Of a DNA stretch of 64,000 nt, positions 1-9,833 are shown piece after piece. A program made the translations under genes and the position numbers. The notes below the pieces were generated by a model, which worked only from the letters and a program-made list of their open reading frames with translations, was not told the DNA's origin and searched no databases. The stretch's first letter is position 1. The number at the start of each line of letters is the position of its first letter. Origin of the DNA: Eubacterium sp. (GTDB lineage: Bacteria; Bacillota; Clostridia; Oscillospirales; Acutalibacteraceae); contig JAFSTE010000017.1 in the NCBI GenBank assembly GCA_017450645.1, positions 23,542 through 87,541 on the forward strand, written 5' to 3'.

Positions 1-3000
1 CCTTTTTAATGTGAACAGACATCGGTGTTGTAGTAACGTTACCGTTTATGTCTTTTGTTCTGAACGCAACATAAATTGTGTAGCTACCGTCGGGGAGCTT
101 ATTCGCAATTTCGTTAAGTTTAAACACGCTGTTAGTTGCGTCTTTTGTTGCAGTATAGATGAATTCGCTGTCTGCTAATGCTTCAAGAGCCGCTGTGTCT
201 GCTGCCTCTGTTTCAGTGATAACCTTATAGGTTACGTCCTGCAGATTTGCAAAAGGAACATTGCCTTCGAGGTTTGATAGGCTTCTGTTCTGCGGGTTTT
301 TATCCGCTACCTTAACGGTTAAAGCCGTTGATTCTGACCAATTTGTGCCGCCTGCGTATGTAAATTCTGAGAAGCTCGGTGCAACCTGGTCGTCAACATA
401 ACCAAAGGTAAAAGTCTTAGAGTTTGCGCACATATCATAAGCTGTTACAACAAACTTATATGAGCCGGACGGATAATAACCGAGTGACTTTTTAAAGTTT
501 GTAAAGCTTACCGTACTAAAGTCGACTGTTTCGCCCGAAGGTGTTACATCAACGTCGTCGATTAACTCGTCATACTCATAAACCTTAATATTTGCGCTGT
601 AAATACCCGATGAGAACTCGCCTGATTCTGCAGGGTCGGTAAGGGTAACGGAAATATCCTTAGGCTTAGATGTAATACCGTTAAAGGTTACGAATGTGTT
701 ATCATTGGTAATAGTATACTGTTTTGTAAGATTGCCGATATAGCCGCTAATCTCGGGCTTGCCGTTATCAAAGGTAAAGCCGTCTGAGTATGCAAACAGG
801 GTGTTGTCCGCATTATCCTGAGCATAAACAAATACAACATTTCTGCCGTAGGTGATGCTTACGTTAGGTGTTTCGGTGGTGGGGTCAAACTCGGTAATAT
901 TCTTTGGATTTGAAGAGCTGTCTGCAATATATGCTACAAACGCATCACGGTAAGCGTCTTTTACAGTAGACTGTACAACAACGTTTTTATCTGCGTCTAA
1001 ATCTGCGTCTGTAAGAGTGTAAACAGCATAGTAAGCCTTGGTTGTAAGACCTGATTGGATATCAGCATTTGTAGCTTCAGTTTCGTTGACTGCAAGCGAA
1101 AGGTCAACAGATGTATCTGTGGAGTTGTTGTTAAATAAGCCATAGAGCTTTTTGGACAAAGAATCAATGGCAGAAGCAATTGTAGACTTTGAGCCGTCCT
1201 TATATACATCAACATTGTTGAGTGAAGCGCCGGGTGCGACCCTATCGAAGTTATTTACAGTAACGGTATAATTAGCCTGATTATTTTCGTTATCCGAAAT
1301 TGTTATTGTGAAATCCGTATTACGGCAAACTTTTATTACAACATAGCCATAACTATAAGACTCTGTGTAACTTGCGTAAGGATTGGTGTAAGTAACTGCA
1401 AATGAATTCGGGTCTAATCCGCTTTGTGCATCCGTAATTTGAAATGCTATTTCCTGTGTTGTAGTGTTTACATAGGTGGGAAGTACTGTAACCTGTGTAA
1501 TTGTAGGCTTGGTTTTGTCGTTTGCCTTAACATCAATAGTATAAGACTGTGTATTGCCGAGCACCTTGTCCTTAACCTCAACAGTATACACCTTGTTTTG
1601 GTCCGCAACAAAAGAGCCGTTGCCCGATGCGTCAAGTGATACGGTTTCATTTCCAACCTTTACGCTTTCAACACCTGTAACATTATCGGTAACGTGAATC
1701 TTTACCTTTTTGTCGTCGGTATTAAAGTTGGTGTAAGCTGTATTATCGGTGCCTGTTGCAGTCGCTTCGTTTGTAAAGGTAACTGCAGGGGCGGTATTAT
1801 CAACATAAATTGTATCAATATCACCAAAAGCGGTGCTGGTGTATTTGCCGTTTGTCAAGGTGTAAACCATCTTGCCGCCGTTCTCTACACCGGTAACTGT
1901 TTCACTTGTAATAGCGTTAGTAATGGTGATTGCGACGTCTGATTTTACTGTTATAGATTCGTTCTGATAGTACAAATCCCCGTCGTCGCCCTTAGGTGTG
2001 CTTGAAGCGGTGATGTCAACACCAACCTCTTTAAAGGTAAGTGTTTTATCAAGAACAAGTTCTTTGCTGTCGTCATATTTGTACTTGGCCTCAACCTTAA
2101 CACTGGTTGTTGCAGAGTTAACGGTACATTTGCCGTTTGTAACGGTAACCTCTTCGCCGTTAACATAGTACTTCATACCGTTTTTAACAGCTGTTGGAAG
2201 GGTTTTTGAAAAGCTGATTTCGAGCTCCTCGTCAACGCCTACAAAATGCTTTTTGCTGTCGGTATTAAGCTCTACCTTTGTTTTGTCAATTGTTACAAGT
2301 ACAGTAATCTTGTTAGGTGCTGCGGTAAAGGTAGCAGAAGCCTTTCCTGTAGAGCTGTTGTATGAAACAGCGTCGTCTGTATTTGAAGTAACAGATTCGA
2401 CCTTGTACAAATTGTTATTAACGCTTATATCAAACGTGCTGTTGCCGTTGATATATGCATTGCCGTCTGTAAGCGGAGTGCTGCCGGTTGCGGTTGAATT
2501 AACACCGCTGATACTTGCCGTAACAGTTGACGGTACGTCAGCGTTGTTAATAAGCTTAACCTCTGTATCAACACCTGCAAGATTAAAGGTGTTTCTTGCC
2601 TTGGTTGCAGTAATGGTTGTGCCGTCAACAGCTATGTCCGACCAGTTAATGCCGTAAGAATAGGTAAACTCGTCGTCATTAGTAAGAATAGACTCAGCCT
2701 CAGTTTTGTGCTCGCTGTAAGCTTCGCCGGGAATGTACTCAATATCCGTTGTAGTTTCGCCGCACGCGAAGGTAACGGTGTACTTTTTAACATTGTCCTC
2801 TGTGAGCTTAACAGTAAGGGTTTCGCTCTCATCAACATCAATAGTCTGGCTTGAATTGTTAGGATCCTCTTCCTCATGAGTCCATACTACATTAAGATTG
2901 GTAGTTTCACTAGTGCTGCTGAACGCGACAGTGTAGGGATACGAGCCCGATCCGGAATCGTATGCAACATTGTCACCGTTAACAGTTAAGCTTTTAACAG

Positions 3001-3250
3001 TGTTTACGCCTTTGTAGGTAAGTGCAACATCAAGCGTAAAAACACTGTTCGCAGTGTCGTATTCAATCACATCGTTTTCGTTGATTTCAAAATCCTTACC
3101 GCTGGAAGTAAGCGTAACGCCTGCCTGAGCAGAAGCAAGATTAGTATACTCGCTTTCTTCAGCATAAGCTACGGTAATCGGCAAACCGCTTATTACCATA
3201 AGTACAGAAAGAATCAACGAAATAAGTTTAGAACCTGTTTTTCTGTTCAT
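1..3250 (-). CDS. large secreted cell-surface protein with signal peptide and long run of beta-sandwich/Ig-like repeat modules; partial (runs off window start)
   Basis: Minus-strand frame is open from ATG at 3250..3248 (RBS GGAGAAACAGGAG) to position 1 with no stop. N-terminus MNRKTGSKLISLILSVLMVISGLPITVAYA is a signal peptide. Hand translation of bases 1..61 confirms the open frame. The ORF track shows only short out-of-frame ORFs in this span. Confidence 0.75.
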   Translation of the reverse strand, partial: MNRKTGSKLISLILSVLMVISGLPITVAYAEESEYTNLASAQAGVTLTSSGKDFEINENDVIEYDTANSVFTLDVALTYKGVNTVKSLTVNGDNVAYDSGSGSYPYTVAFSSTSETTNLNVVWTHEEEDPNNSSQTIDVDESETLTVKLTEDNVKKYTVTFACGETTTDIEYIPGEAYSEHKTEAESILTNDDEFTYSYGINWSDIAVDGTTITATKARNTFNLAGVDTEVKLINNADVPSTVTASISGVNSTATGSTPLTDGNAYINGNSTFDISVNNNLYKVESVTSNTDDAVSYNSSTGKASATFTAAPNKITVLVTIDKTKVELNTDSKKHFVGVDEELEISFSKTLPTAVKNGMKYYVNGEEVTVTNGKCTVNSATTSVKVEAKYKYDDSKELVLDKTLTFKEVGVDITASSTPKGDDGDLYYQNESITVKSDVAITITNAITSETVTGVENGGKMVYTLTNGKYTSTAFGDIDTIYVDNTAPAVTFTNEATATGTDNTAYTNFNTDDKKVKIHVTDNVTGVESVKVGNETVSLDASGNGSFVADQNKVYTVEVKDKVLGNTQSYTIDVKANDKTKPTITQVTVLPTYVNTTTQEIAFQITDAQSGLDPNSFAVTYTNPYASYTESYSYGYVVIKVCRNTDFTITISDNENNQANYTVTVNNFDRVAPGASLNNVDVYKDGSKSTIASAIDSLSKKLYGLFNNNSTDTSVDLSLAVNETEATNADIQSGLTTKAYYAVYTLTDADLDADKNVVVQSTVKDAYRDAFVAYIADSSSNPKNITEFDPTTETPNVSITYGRNVVFVYAQDNADNTLFAYSDGFTFDNGKPEISGYIGNLTKQYTITNDNTFVTFNGITSKPKDISVTLTDPAESGEFSSGIYSANIKVYEYDELIDDVDVTPSGETVDFSTVSFTNFKKSLGYYPSGSYKFVVTAYDMCANSKTFTFGYVDDQVAPSFSEFTYAGGTNWSESTALTVKVADKNPQNRSLSNLEGNVPFANLQDVTYKVITETEAADTAALEALADSEFIYTATKDATNSVFKLNEIANKLPDGSYTIYVAFRTKDINGNVTTTPMSVHIKK

Positions 3251-3274
3251 CTCCTGTTTCTCCTTTTCATTCGA

Positions 3275-3898
3275 TTACAAAATTTCGTCTGTATGAATAG
3301 TCATTTCGTTCTTAACAAGAACGAAGCTTCCGATTCCTGCATCTACAACAACGGGTGCAGGCTCGCTCGAAGCGTTTGTATTATTATCGCTGTCAGCGCT
3401 TAATACGCTTGTAGCGTCGTTTTCTCTTTCGGGCTGCGGTGTGTTCGTCGGTGATAATACATCCGTTGCCCCTTCCTGAGGTGGTGTGTTTGTAGGCTCA
3501 AGCACGCCCGTTGCCTCCTCGCTTACCGGAGGTGCAGGCGGTGCAAGCGGTGCTGTGCCCATATCGTTAGCGCTCGACGGTGCAGGCTCGGGTGCCGGTG
3601 TCGGCGCGGGCTGCGGCGTCGGCGGCGCAACTACGGGTGCGCTGTGAACGCCTTTGTTTAGACCTTTTGACTGGCCGAATTTAATTGACGGCGAGTCGGG
3701 TTTTTTAGTTTTATCGTTGCGTCTGTTACGCATTTCGCTTATTCCCTTTTGGCGTTTTTTGCCGGTAAGGAAAGCGTAAACTCCTCTGATATCGAACAGA
3801 AAGAAGATTGCAACGCTAAGTACCAAACATAATGCCGCAAGCGAATAGCCTATTACGGATATTGTACTAAACACTTCCATTGCTAATGTAATTAACAT
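3275..3898 (-). CDS. membrane-anchored proline-rich protein (single N-terminal TM helix, Pro/Thr-rich tail), hypothetical
   Basis: ORF-track 208 aa. TM segment VFSTISVIGYSLAALCLVLSVAIFFLF followed by a basic stretch and PTPQPAPTPAPEP low-complexity region. ATG at 3898 preceded by AAGGAG. Lies immediately downstream of the Ser/Thr kinase gene. Confidence 0.6.
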   Translation of the reverse strand: MLITLAMEVFSTISVIGYSLAALCLVLSVAIFFLFDIRGVYAFLTGKKRQKGISEMRNRRNDKTKKPDSPSIKFGQSKGLNKGVHSAPVVAPPTPQPAPTPAPEPAPSSANDMGTAPLAPPAPPVSEEATGVLEPTNTPPQEGATDVLSPTNTPQPERENDATSVLSADSDNNTNASSEPAPVVVDAGIGSFVLVKNEMTIHTDEIL

Positions 3899-3912
3899 CA
3901 CTTATCTCCTTT

Positions 3913-5670
3913 CTATTTAGTATACTCGGTGAAATTATTTTCAACCATTGTGGCGTTGCCTTCTATTTTGTCCTTCCACTCCTGCTCGCTTTGGCTGAGT
4001 CCGCTCATCGACTGAACTTCGTTATAAATGCTCGTCCAGAGGTCTCTTGCAGGTGCAATCTGACCGTTTGTATTCTTTTGGTACGCCTTAAAGTTGTCGG
4101 CTACCGAAAGGAAGCTCGACAGCGTGTAGTAAACTCTGAGCTTTAATTCCGTAAAGTCGCCCGCAAGGTCGCGTACCTTAGTGATAGCGTCGCTGATAGT
4201 CTGGAAAATCTCCTCATAGTCCGAAGCGCCGCCAACAAGTGACTTTTGGTCCGCGTCCTGAATCTGCGACCAGGCTTTAATCATAGCAACAAATGTTTCG
4301 GCAAGCTCAAAATCAGTCCTTGTAACATTGTCCTCAAAATCGCTTGCGTCAAATCCCTTGTCGCCCTCTTCGCCAAGACCGATTGCTCTGTTAAACCAGC
4401 CGAGCGCAGCGTTTTCGTTATCGCTGTAGACATAGATGTTAACGCCGATTTCGTAATTCATTCTGCAGTAAGCGGCGTCGCTTTTCTTAACAAGGCTGTC
4501 GTACTTAACCGACTTTTTGCTTGTGTCGTCGCCTATACCGAGTCTTGATTCAAGGATTTTAATCTCGTCGCCCGTAAGCTGCTTAGGCTCGTTATTATCG
4601 ACGAGCGCCTGGCAGTAAGCGACGAAATAATCCGCAACCTCTTCAGGCTTAGCGCCCATATATCCCGTATCAAACGCGGCGTCAAAATCCTTAACCGCGT
4701 CGTCGCCCGCCTCTTTCATAGCGGCGTTAGCGTTATTTTCAAAACGGTTTTTAGTATCCGAGGTACTGAGGATTGAACCCGTAATACCGACTACCAGACA
4801 AAGCAGCGTTGCGATAACGCTTGTAAGGAAAAGGTTGAGCTTCTTCTTTTGCTCTTTCCAGTAAGTCGCGGTGTTTTCTTCAATATTTTCAAGCGCATAT
4901 TTAAGCTCTGCACAAGACTGATAACGGTCGTTGGGGTCCTTTTGGATACATTTAAGGATGATTGCCTCAAGACCGGGGGACAGCCTTTCGTCCCAGTATC
5001 TTATGGGGTGCATTTCATAAGGCGGCTCGGCAGGTGAGTGACCTGTAACGAGGTGATAGAGCGTTGCGCCGAGGCAGTAGATATCCGTCCTTGCGTCTGT
5101 TTCGCCCTGTCCGCCGAACTGCTCGGGTGCGGCATAACCGATTGTACCCAAACAGGTTGTGTCCTGAATGTTAGTGCCCTTGTACTCACGCGCCGTACCG
5201 AAGTCGATAAGACATACGGAGCCGTCGGGCTTAAGCATTACATTTGAGGGTTTCATATCGCGGTATACAATCGGCGGGGTCTGCGTGTGCAGATAGTCAA
5301 GCACATCACAAAGCTGTCTTGCCCACTCGATTACATACTCCTCGGGCTGAGGACCCGACTCCTCAATTCTCTTGCTGAGGGGTTTACCCTCGATATAGTC
5401 CATTACGATGAAGAAAGAATCATCGTTTTCGATAATATCTACAATATCGGGAAGGTTGGGGTGGCTGAGCTTTTTGAGCATATCGGTTTCTGCAACAAGG
5501 CTTTGCTTAACGACCTCAAAGTCCTTAACGCCGTCGCGGCGTACCTCTTTAATAGCCCACTGCTTCATAGCCTTACGGTTAAGTGCAAGATAAACTACAC
5601 TCATACCGCCCTGTCCTACTTTAGAAAGTATTTCATATTTACCGTCTATGACTGTTCCGTTTTCTAACAA
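3913..5670 (-). CDS. Hanks-type serine/threonine protein kinase with one TM helix and a ~280-aa non-PASTA extracellular domain
   Basis: Gly-loop GQGGMSVVY, catalytic YRDMKPSNVML, and DFG/APE motifs (IDFGTAREY ... GTIGYAAPEQ). TM LFLTSVIATLLCLVVGITGSIL after the kinase domain. The track start at 5694 is TTG. A TTG at 5670 has a GGGGGG RBS at 8 nt spacing, so the start is uncertain. Confidence 0.85.
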   Translation of the reverse strand: MLENGTVIDGKYEILSKVGQGGMSVVYLALNRKAMKQWAIKEVRRDGVKDFEVVKQSLVAETDMLKKLSHPNLPDIVDIIENDDSFFIVMDYIEGKPLSKRIEESGPQPEEYVIEWARQLCDVLDYLHTQTPPIVYRDMKPSNVMLKPDGSVCLIDFGTAREYKGTNIQDTTCLGTIGYAAPEQFGGQGETDARTDIYCLGATLYHLVTGHSPAEPPYEMHPIRYWDERLSPGLEAIILKCIQKDPNDRYQSCAELKYALENIEENTATYWKEQKKKLNLFLTSVIATLLCLVVGITGSILSTSDTKNRFENNANAAMKEAGDDAVKDFDAAFDTGYMGAKPEEVADYFVAYCQALVDNNEPKQLTGDEIKILESRLGIGDDTSKKSVKYDSLVKKSDAAYCRMNYEIGVNIYVYSDNENAALGWFNRAIGLGEEGDKGFDASDFEDNVTRTDFELAETFVAMIKAWSQIQDADQKSLVGGASDYEEIFQTISDAITKVRDLAGDFTELKLRVYYTLSSFLSVADNFKAYQKNTNGQIAPARDLWTSIYNEVQSMSGLSQSEQEWKDKIEGNATMVENNFTEYTK

Positions 5671-5686
5671 GACTCGTTCCCCCCTT

Positions 5687-6457
5687 CTACACAAGCTTTA
5701 CCGTAACTACAGTAATGTTATCGTTTTCAAGCCTTTGCTTATTAAGCTCAACAAGGTCGTGCGAAATTTTTTCCATATCCTCTTCGCTGTTGATGTTATC
5801 GGACTTAAAGCCCTCCTGAAGCTCTTCAAAAGTAACCTCGTGTCTGAAGCCGTCCGAGCACATCATAAACACATCGCCCTTGTTTACATTACCCATAAAG
5901 AAATCCGGCTCAATAAACTGCGAAGCGCCTACGCACTGCAAAAGCACGCTTCTTCTCGGGTCGGTCTTTGCCTGCTCGGGCGTCATATTGCCGCGCTTAA
6001 TCTCTCTGTTAACAAAGGTCTGGTCCTCGGTAATCTGGGTAAGAGTAGTGTTGTTGCACACATACGCTCTCGAGTCACCGATATTCATTATGTAATACAT
6101 ACCGCCGCTGATAAGCAAAATTACAGCGGTTGTACCCATATTGCTGCCGAGCGTTCTTGCGTGGGACATAATCTTAACATTCTGCTCAAAGATTACCTCG
6201 CTCCAGCGCTTTTCGAGCTTTGCGGAATCAAAGCCGTGATAGAGCATCGACGGAAATTCCTTTTCAAACCATTTTTGAAAAGCTCTGATAACGGTCGCGC
6301 TTGCAAGCTCGCCGTTAGCAAGTCCGCCCATTCCGTCGCAGAGAACGGCAAACATAACATTGTCGTAATCCGTTTTAGCTTCCATAATCAACGCGGAATC
6401 CTGATTAACCGATTTTTTAATTCCGATATCCGTGTAGGTGTGGGAAATGAAGTTCAT
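5687..6457 (-). CDS. PP2C-family Ser/Thr protein phosphatase (Stp/PrpC-like)
   Basis: Motifs DSALIMEAK ... FAVLCDGMGG ... MCSDG typical of the PPM family. ATG at 6457 with RBS. Immediately upstream of, and overlapping, the kinase gene, which is the classic phosphatase-kinase operon arrangement. Confidence 0.88.
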   Translation of the reverse strand: MNFISHTYTDIGIKKSVNQDSALIMEAKTDYDNVMFAVLCDGMGGLANGELASATVIRAFQKWFEKEFPSMLYHGFDSAKLEKRWSEVIFEQNVKIMSHARTLGSNMGTTAVILLISGGMYYIMNIGDSRAYVCNNTTLTQITEDQTFVNREIKRGNMTPEQAKTDPRRSVLLQCVGASQFIEPDFFMGNVNKGDVFMMCSDGFRHEVTFEELQEGFKSDNINSEEDMEKISHDLVELNKQRLENDNITVVTVKLV

Positions 6458-6657
6458 AGTATTATCAATCCTGTCCTATTAATTATAATATACAAACGAA
6501 AATTTTTAATATAAAAGAAAAAATATTAGTTTGTATTATTTTCATTTTATTCCCCCCGACTGTTACAAAATCGCAGGGTTAGGGTATATATAAATTAACG
6601 GGTAAAACCCGATTGATTTCAAATTCAAAAAGCGCGTAAATCCGCCGATTTTTAAAT

Positions 6658-6700
6658 ATGTCTAAAAAGCACCTATAGGCACCGGGTAAAAACCCGGCGC
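6658..6700 (-). terminator. rho-independent terminator after protease-FHA gene
   Basis: On the minus strand: CCGGGTTTTTACCCGG hairpin, then GCACCTATAGGTGC hairpin, then TTTTT directly downstream of the stop at 6716. Confidence 0.55.
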
Positions 6701-6715
6701 CTTGGGTTGAAATAA

Positions 6716-8209
6716 TTATACTTTAAACTCGAACTTTTCGTCTGCGAGTCTGATTCTTGCACCGTCAGAAATCTGAGTTTCAACGTTAGCAGGAATCATT
6801 GAATCATTAACATATGTGTGGTTAGTTGTTGAGTTATCAACGATGAAGAACTGACCGTTCTTAGAAACGATAGAAGCGTGGAAGCGTGATACTGCCGGGT
6901 TACCGGTGATGCAGTAATCAACACGGTTAGCGTCCTTACCAAGCTTGAAGTAAGGCTTAGTAATGTTAATTCTCTCGTTGTTAGAAGTTCTGATAAGGCA
7001 AGCAGTTGCTGCGCTTGCGCCGAGAACTGTAGTAGCGTTCGGATCGCCTGCGTTAGAAGAAAGAACTGTTGTGCCCTCGCTGCCTGCTCCGCCTGCGCCT
7101 GTCATTGTAGGACCGCCTACCGGTGGTGCCGGTGCAACAGGAGGTGCGGGAGGTGTGAAGCCGCCGTTATTTGACGGGCCCTGAGGTGTGCTCTTCTTCT
7201 TAGACATTACGAGAGCGATAATGATGATAAGAATTACAACTGCAATAGCTGCAACGATACCGATAATAGCTCCGGTTGATATTCCGTCCTGTTTAACAGG
7301 CTTAGTTGTGGTTTCCGGTGCAGGTTTTGTTGTGGTGCTCGAGTCATCCTCTTTTGAATCAGGCTCGGGAGTAGTATTTGTGCCTGCCTTTGTATAAGGA
7401 ATATTTACTGTATCTAATACTTCCATAATCTGGTCGATTGCAGAAGCAAAGCATGAGTTAGAATCGCCTGCTGTGCAAACACCGATAACGTTACCGTTTG
7501 CGTCAACTAACGGACCGCCCGAGTTGCCGCCTGTAGCAGTGTTGCCGCTGTAGATGAACTGGTTGCCCTTGAAAACATACGACGTCTCAAGAGGAACGTA
7601 TACTGTTCCGTATTTTTCTTTAACGAAATATGTTCTGCCTGTATGTACTTCTTCAGTTCTGTACTCAGTTCTGTTGATAGTACCCTGCTCGTAGATGATA
7701 TCCTTTTCGTTGAAGTACTCGGTAGTGTCCTTAGCAGCCGGATAACCTACTGCAAATACGGTTTCTGTAGCCTGTACTTCTTTACTGTCACGAAGCTTTA
7801 ATGCGTTGTGATTTGAAATCGGCTGACTTAACTTAAGAATAGCGAAATCCATATTCTCACTGCTGTTAACGAGCTTAGCCTTAATCTTGAAGTCGCTCTG
7901 AATAACTACATAATACTCAAGAGTCTTGTCAATAGTTTTTTTGGGGTAGCCCACTTCGCGCAGGTAGTCGTACTCTTCCTTTGATAACTGTACACAGTGG
8001 TCAGCGGTGATAACTGTATCATCGTTGATGAGGAAACAGGAACCGCGTGAAACAGGCTTGTCGTTAATGTACAGCTCTAAATAAAGAATGCCTGAGCCTG
8101 TTGCTCGAACATCATCCTCTGTAGCAAGTGCAGGAACTGCGCTTACCATGCTTACCATCATAACAGCAAGCGCCATTAAGATAGCTAAAAGACTTTTTAC
8201 TTTTTTCAT
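6716..8209 (-). CDS. membrane-spanning fusion protein: signal peptide + extracytoplasmic trypsin-like (HtrA/S1-type) serine protease domain + single TM + Pro-rich linker + cytoplasmic C-terminal FHA domain
   Basis: Signal peptide MKKVKSLLAILMALAVMMVSMVSAVPALA. Catalytic His in TADHC, Asp in DFAILKL, Ser in GGNSGGPLVD. TM GAIIGIVAAIAVVILIIIIALVM followed by KKK. PPAPPVAPAPPV linker. C-terminal FHA signature SRFHASI ... DNSTTNHTYVND. Confidence 0.8.
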   Translation of the reverse strand: MKKVKSLLAILMALAVMMVSMVSAVPALATEDDVRATGSGILYLELYINDKPVSRGSCFLINDDTVITADHCVQLSKEEYDYLREVGYPKKTIDKTLEYYVVIQSDFKIKAKLVNSSENMDFAILKLSQPISNHNALKLRDSKEVQATETVFAVGYPAAKDTTEYFNEKDIIYEQGTINRTEYRTEEVHTGRTYFVKEKYGTVYVPLETSYVFKGNQFIYSGNTATGGNSGGPLVDANGNVIGVCTAGDSNSCFASAIDQIMEVLDTVNIPYTKAGTNTTPEPDSKEDDSSTTTKPAPETTTKPVKQDGISTGAIIGIVAAIAVVILIIIIALVMSKKKSTPQGPSNNGGFTPPAPPVAPAPPVGGPTMTGAGGAGSEGTTVLSSNAGDPNATTVLGASAATACLIRTSNNERINITKPYFKLGKDANRVDYCITGNPAVSRFHASIVSKNGQFFIVDNSTTNHTYVNDSMIPANVETQISDGARIRLADEKFEFKV

Positions 8210-8229
8210 AATGATTCTCCTTTTAATTT

Positions 8230-9720
8230 TTATTGCAAATGAAATGTGAACACTTCATTAGCTAATTTTATTTCATCACCTTCAAAAATCTGAACGGAAG
8301 TATCCGGATTAACTATGCGATTGTTGACATAGGTCTTATTAGTAGAATTTTTGTCAACAACATAGTACTCGTTACCGACTACGGAAATCTCTGCGTGAAC
8401 TCTGCTTATAGCATTGTTATTTGTTACCGTATAGTCAGCACGCTCCGAGCTCTTTCCTATCAGGAAATTTCTCTTTGTGATAAAAATCTTTTCATTAGTT
8501 GTCTGGCGAACGAGATTAGGTGTATTAAAACTGCCCATCGCGTTGCCGCCTAAAATAGATGTTTCGCCGAAATTAGTAAAACCGAGCAGCGTGGTTCCGT
8601 CATGCATATTATCCGCTACGGGTTGAGGAACGGGAGTCGGCTCCGGTTGAGGAATCGGCTCTGGAATCGGTTCCGGTACTGGTGTCGGTTCCGGCTGCGG
8701 AATCGGCTGCGGAATCGGTTCCGGTACCGGAGTCGGTTCCGGCTGTGGAATCGGCTGCGGAATCGGTTCCGGTATTGGCGTCGGTTCCGGCTGTGGAATC
8801 GGCTGTGGGATTGGCTCCGGCACAGGCGTTGGTTCCGGCTGTGGAATCGGCTGCGGAATTGGTTCCGGTTGAGGAATCGGCTCCGGAATTGGTTCCGGTA
8901 CCAGTGTCGGTGCCGGCTGTGGAATTGGTTCCGGTACTGGCGTCGGTTCCGGTTGAGGAATCGGCTGCGGCGTTTCCTCAATCACCTCAAGCATTGTTCC
9001 GCACTTTATGCAAAACATAAATTCTTCTTCATACCTTGCGCCGCAAGACGGACAAAGTCTGTATGTAGCAGGCTGCGTCTGCGGTATCGGTTCAGGTGTC
9101 GGTTCGGGTGCAATCTGAGGCGGCTGGTTTTCAACAGTCTCAGCCTTAGCAGCCTCCTGCTCCGCCGCGAGCTTTTCAGCTGCTTCCCTTTCGGCAGCTT
9201 CCTGCGCTGCACGCTGTGCCTCTCTGAATTCCTCAATAGCCTGAGAAATCGCGTTCGGATTGTCGTTAATCTGCTGCGCCGCGGCAACAAGCTTATCCTT
9301 AATCTCCGGGTTAAACTCCGTTGCGTCTGCGCTTATCTTCTCAACAAAAGCAGCTACAGCCTCCGCCTTATCCGCCGTATCGGCAGCGATAGCGGGAAGA
9401 TATTTTAACTCTCCGTCCTTAATGTATACAGCGTCGTAATCCGTAATAATTGCGTCATTCGCGTCCGCCGCAAACTGAACAATAAATCCGAGCGCCGCAT
9501 CTTCGCTTACCGTCTTAAACTCTTTAGCGGCAAAATCAAAGCCGTCGGGGGTAAACTCGATTACCGTTTCGCCGCCGGACGCTTTAATTTCGTAACCGAA
9601 ATCGAAAGCAAGCTCACCTTTAATCAAGGATACAATTTTAGCGCACGCCGGCTCGTTAAGCTCGGTGGTGTCAAACTGCATCATCGTCTTACCGTTATTT
9701 AAATCGTAACTCAGCTTCAA
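8230..9720 (-). CDS. FHA-domain protein with N-terminal domain of unknown function, CxxC..CxxC zinc ribbon, long ([16 protein letters not shown])n repeat linker and C-terminal FHA domain
   Basis: Zinc ribbon [19 protein letters not shown]. Roughly 7 copies of a 16-aa Pro-rich repeat. C-terminal FHA motifs ISRVHAEI ... [15 protein letters not shown] start at 9720 has a strong GGGGAGGTG RBS, with ATG alternatives 13-14 codons in. The FHA domain is paralogous to that of the 6716..8209 protein. Confidence 0.8.
   Translation of the reverse strand: MKLSYDLNNGKTMMQFDTTELNEPACAKIVSLIKGELAFDFGYEIKASGGETVIEFTPDGFDFAAKEFKTVSEDAALGFIVQFAADANDAIITDYDAVYIKDGELKYLPAIAADTADKAEAVAAFVEKISADATEFNPEIKDKLVAAAQQINDNPNAISQAIEEFREAQRAAQEAAEREAAEKLAAEQEAAKAETVENQPPQIAPEPTPEPIPQTQPATYRLCPSCGARYEEEFMFCIKCGTMLEVIEETPQPIPQPEPTPVPEPIPQPAPTLVPEPIPEPIPQPEPIPQPIPQPEPTPVPEPIPQPIPQPEPTPIPEPIPQPIPQPEPTPVPEPIPQPIPQPEPTPVPEPIPEPIPQPEPTPVPQPVADNMHDGTTLLGFTNFGETSILGGNAMGSFNTPNLVRQTTNEKIFITKRNFLIGKSSERADYTVTNNNAISRVHAEISVVGNEYYVVDKNSTNKTYVNNRIVNPDTSVQIFEGDEIKLANEVFTFHLQ
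8620..8990 (-). repeat. 48-bp in-frame tandem repeat (about 7 copies) encoding the [16 protein letters not shown] linker
   Basis: Visible periodic ccggaaccg/ccgcagccgattcc pattern. The antisense R/W-rich ORF at 8602..9408 is an artefact of this repeat. Confidence 0.8.
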
Positions 9721-9833
9721 TGATTACACCTCCCCTCTTATAACAGTTTTGATTATATCATTTAATTATTTAATTTTTTATAATATGCAAATTCGGTATT
9801 TGATTTGTCATATTTTGTATATTAAGCGCATTT

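Noticed and set aside
5648-6514. 288-aa plus-strand ORF antisense to the PP2C and kinase genes
   Set aside because: Fully overlapped by two genes with strong motif support on the opposite strand. No RBS and no recognisable domain.
8602-9408. 268-aa Arg/Trp-rich plus-strand ORF (and related ORFs 8616..8981, 8682..9020, 9006..9290)
   Set aside because: Antisense or alternative-frame readings of the 48-bp Pro-linker tandem repeat inside the FHA protein gene. Composition is a repeat artefact.
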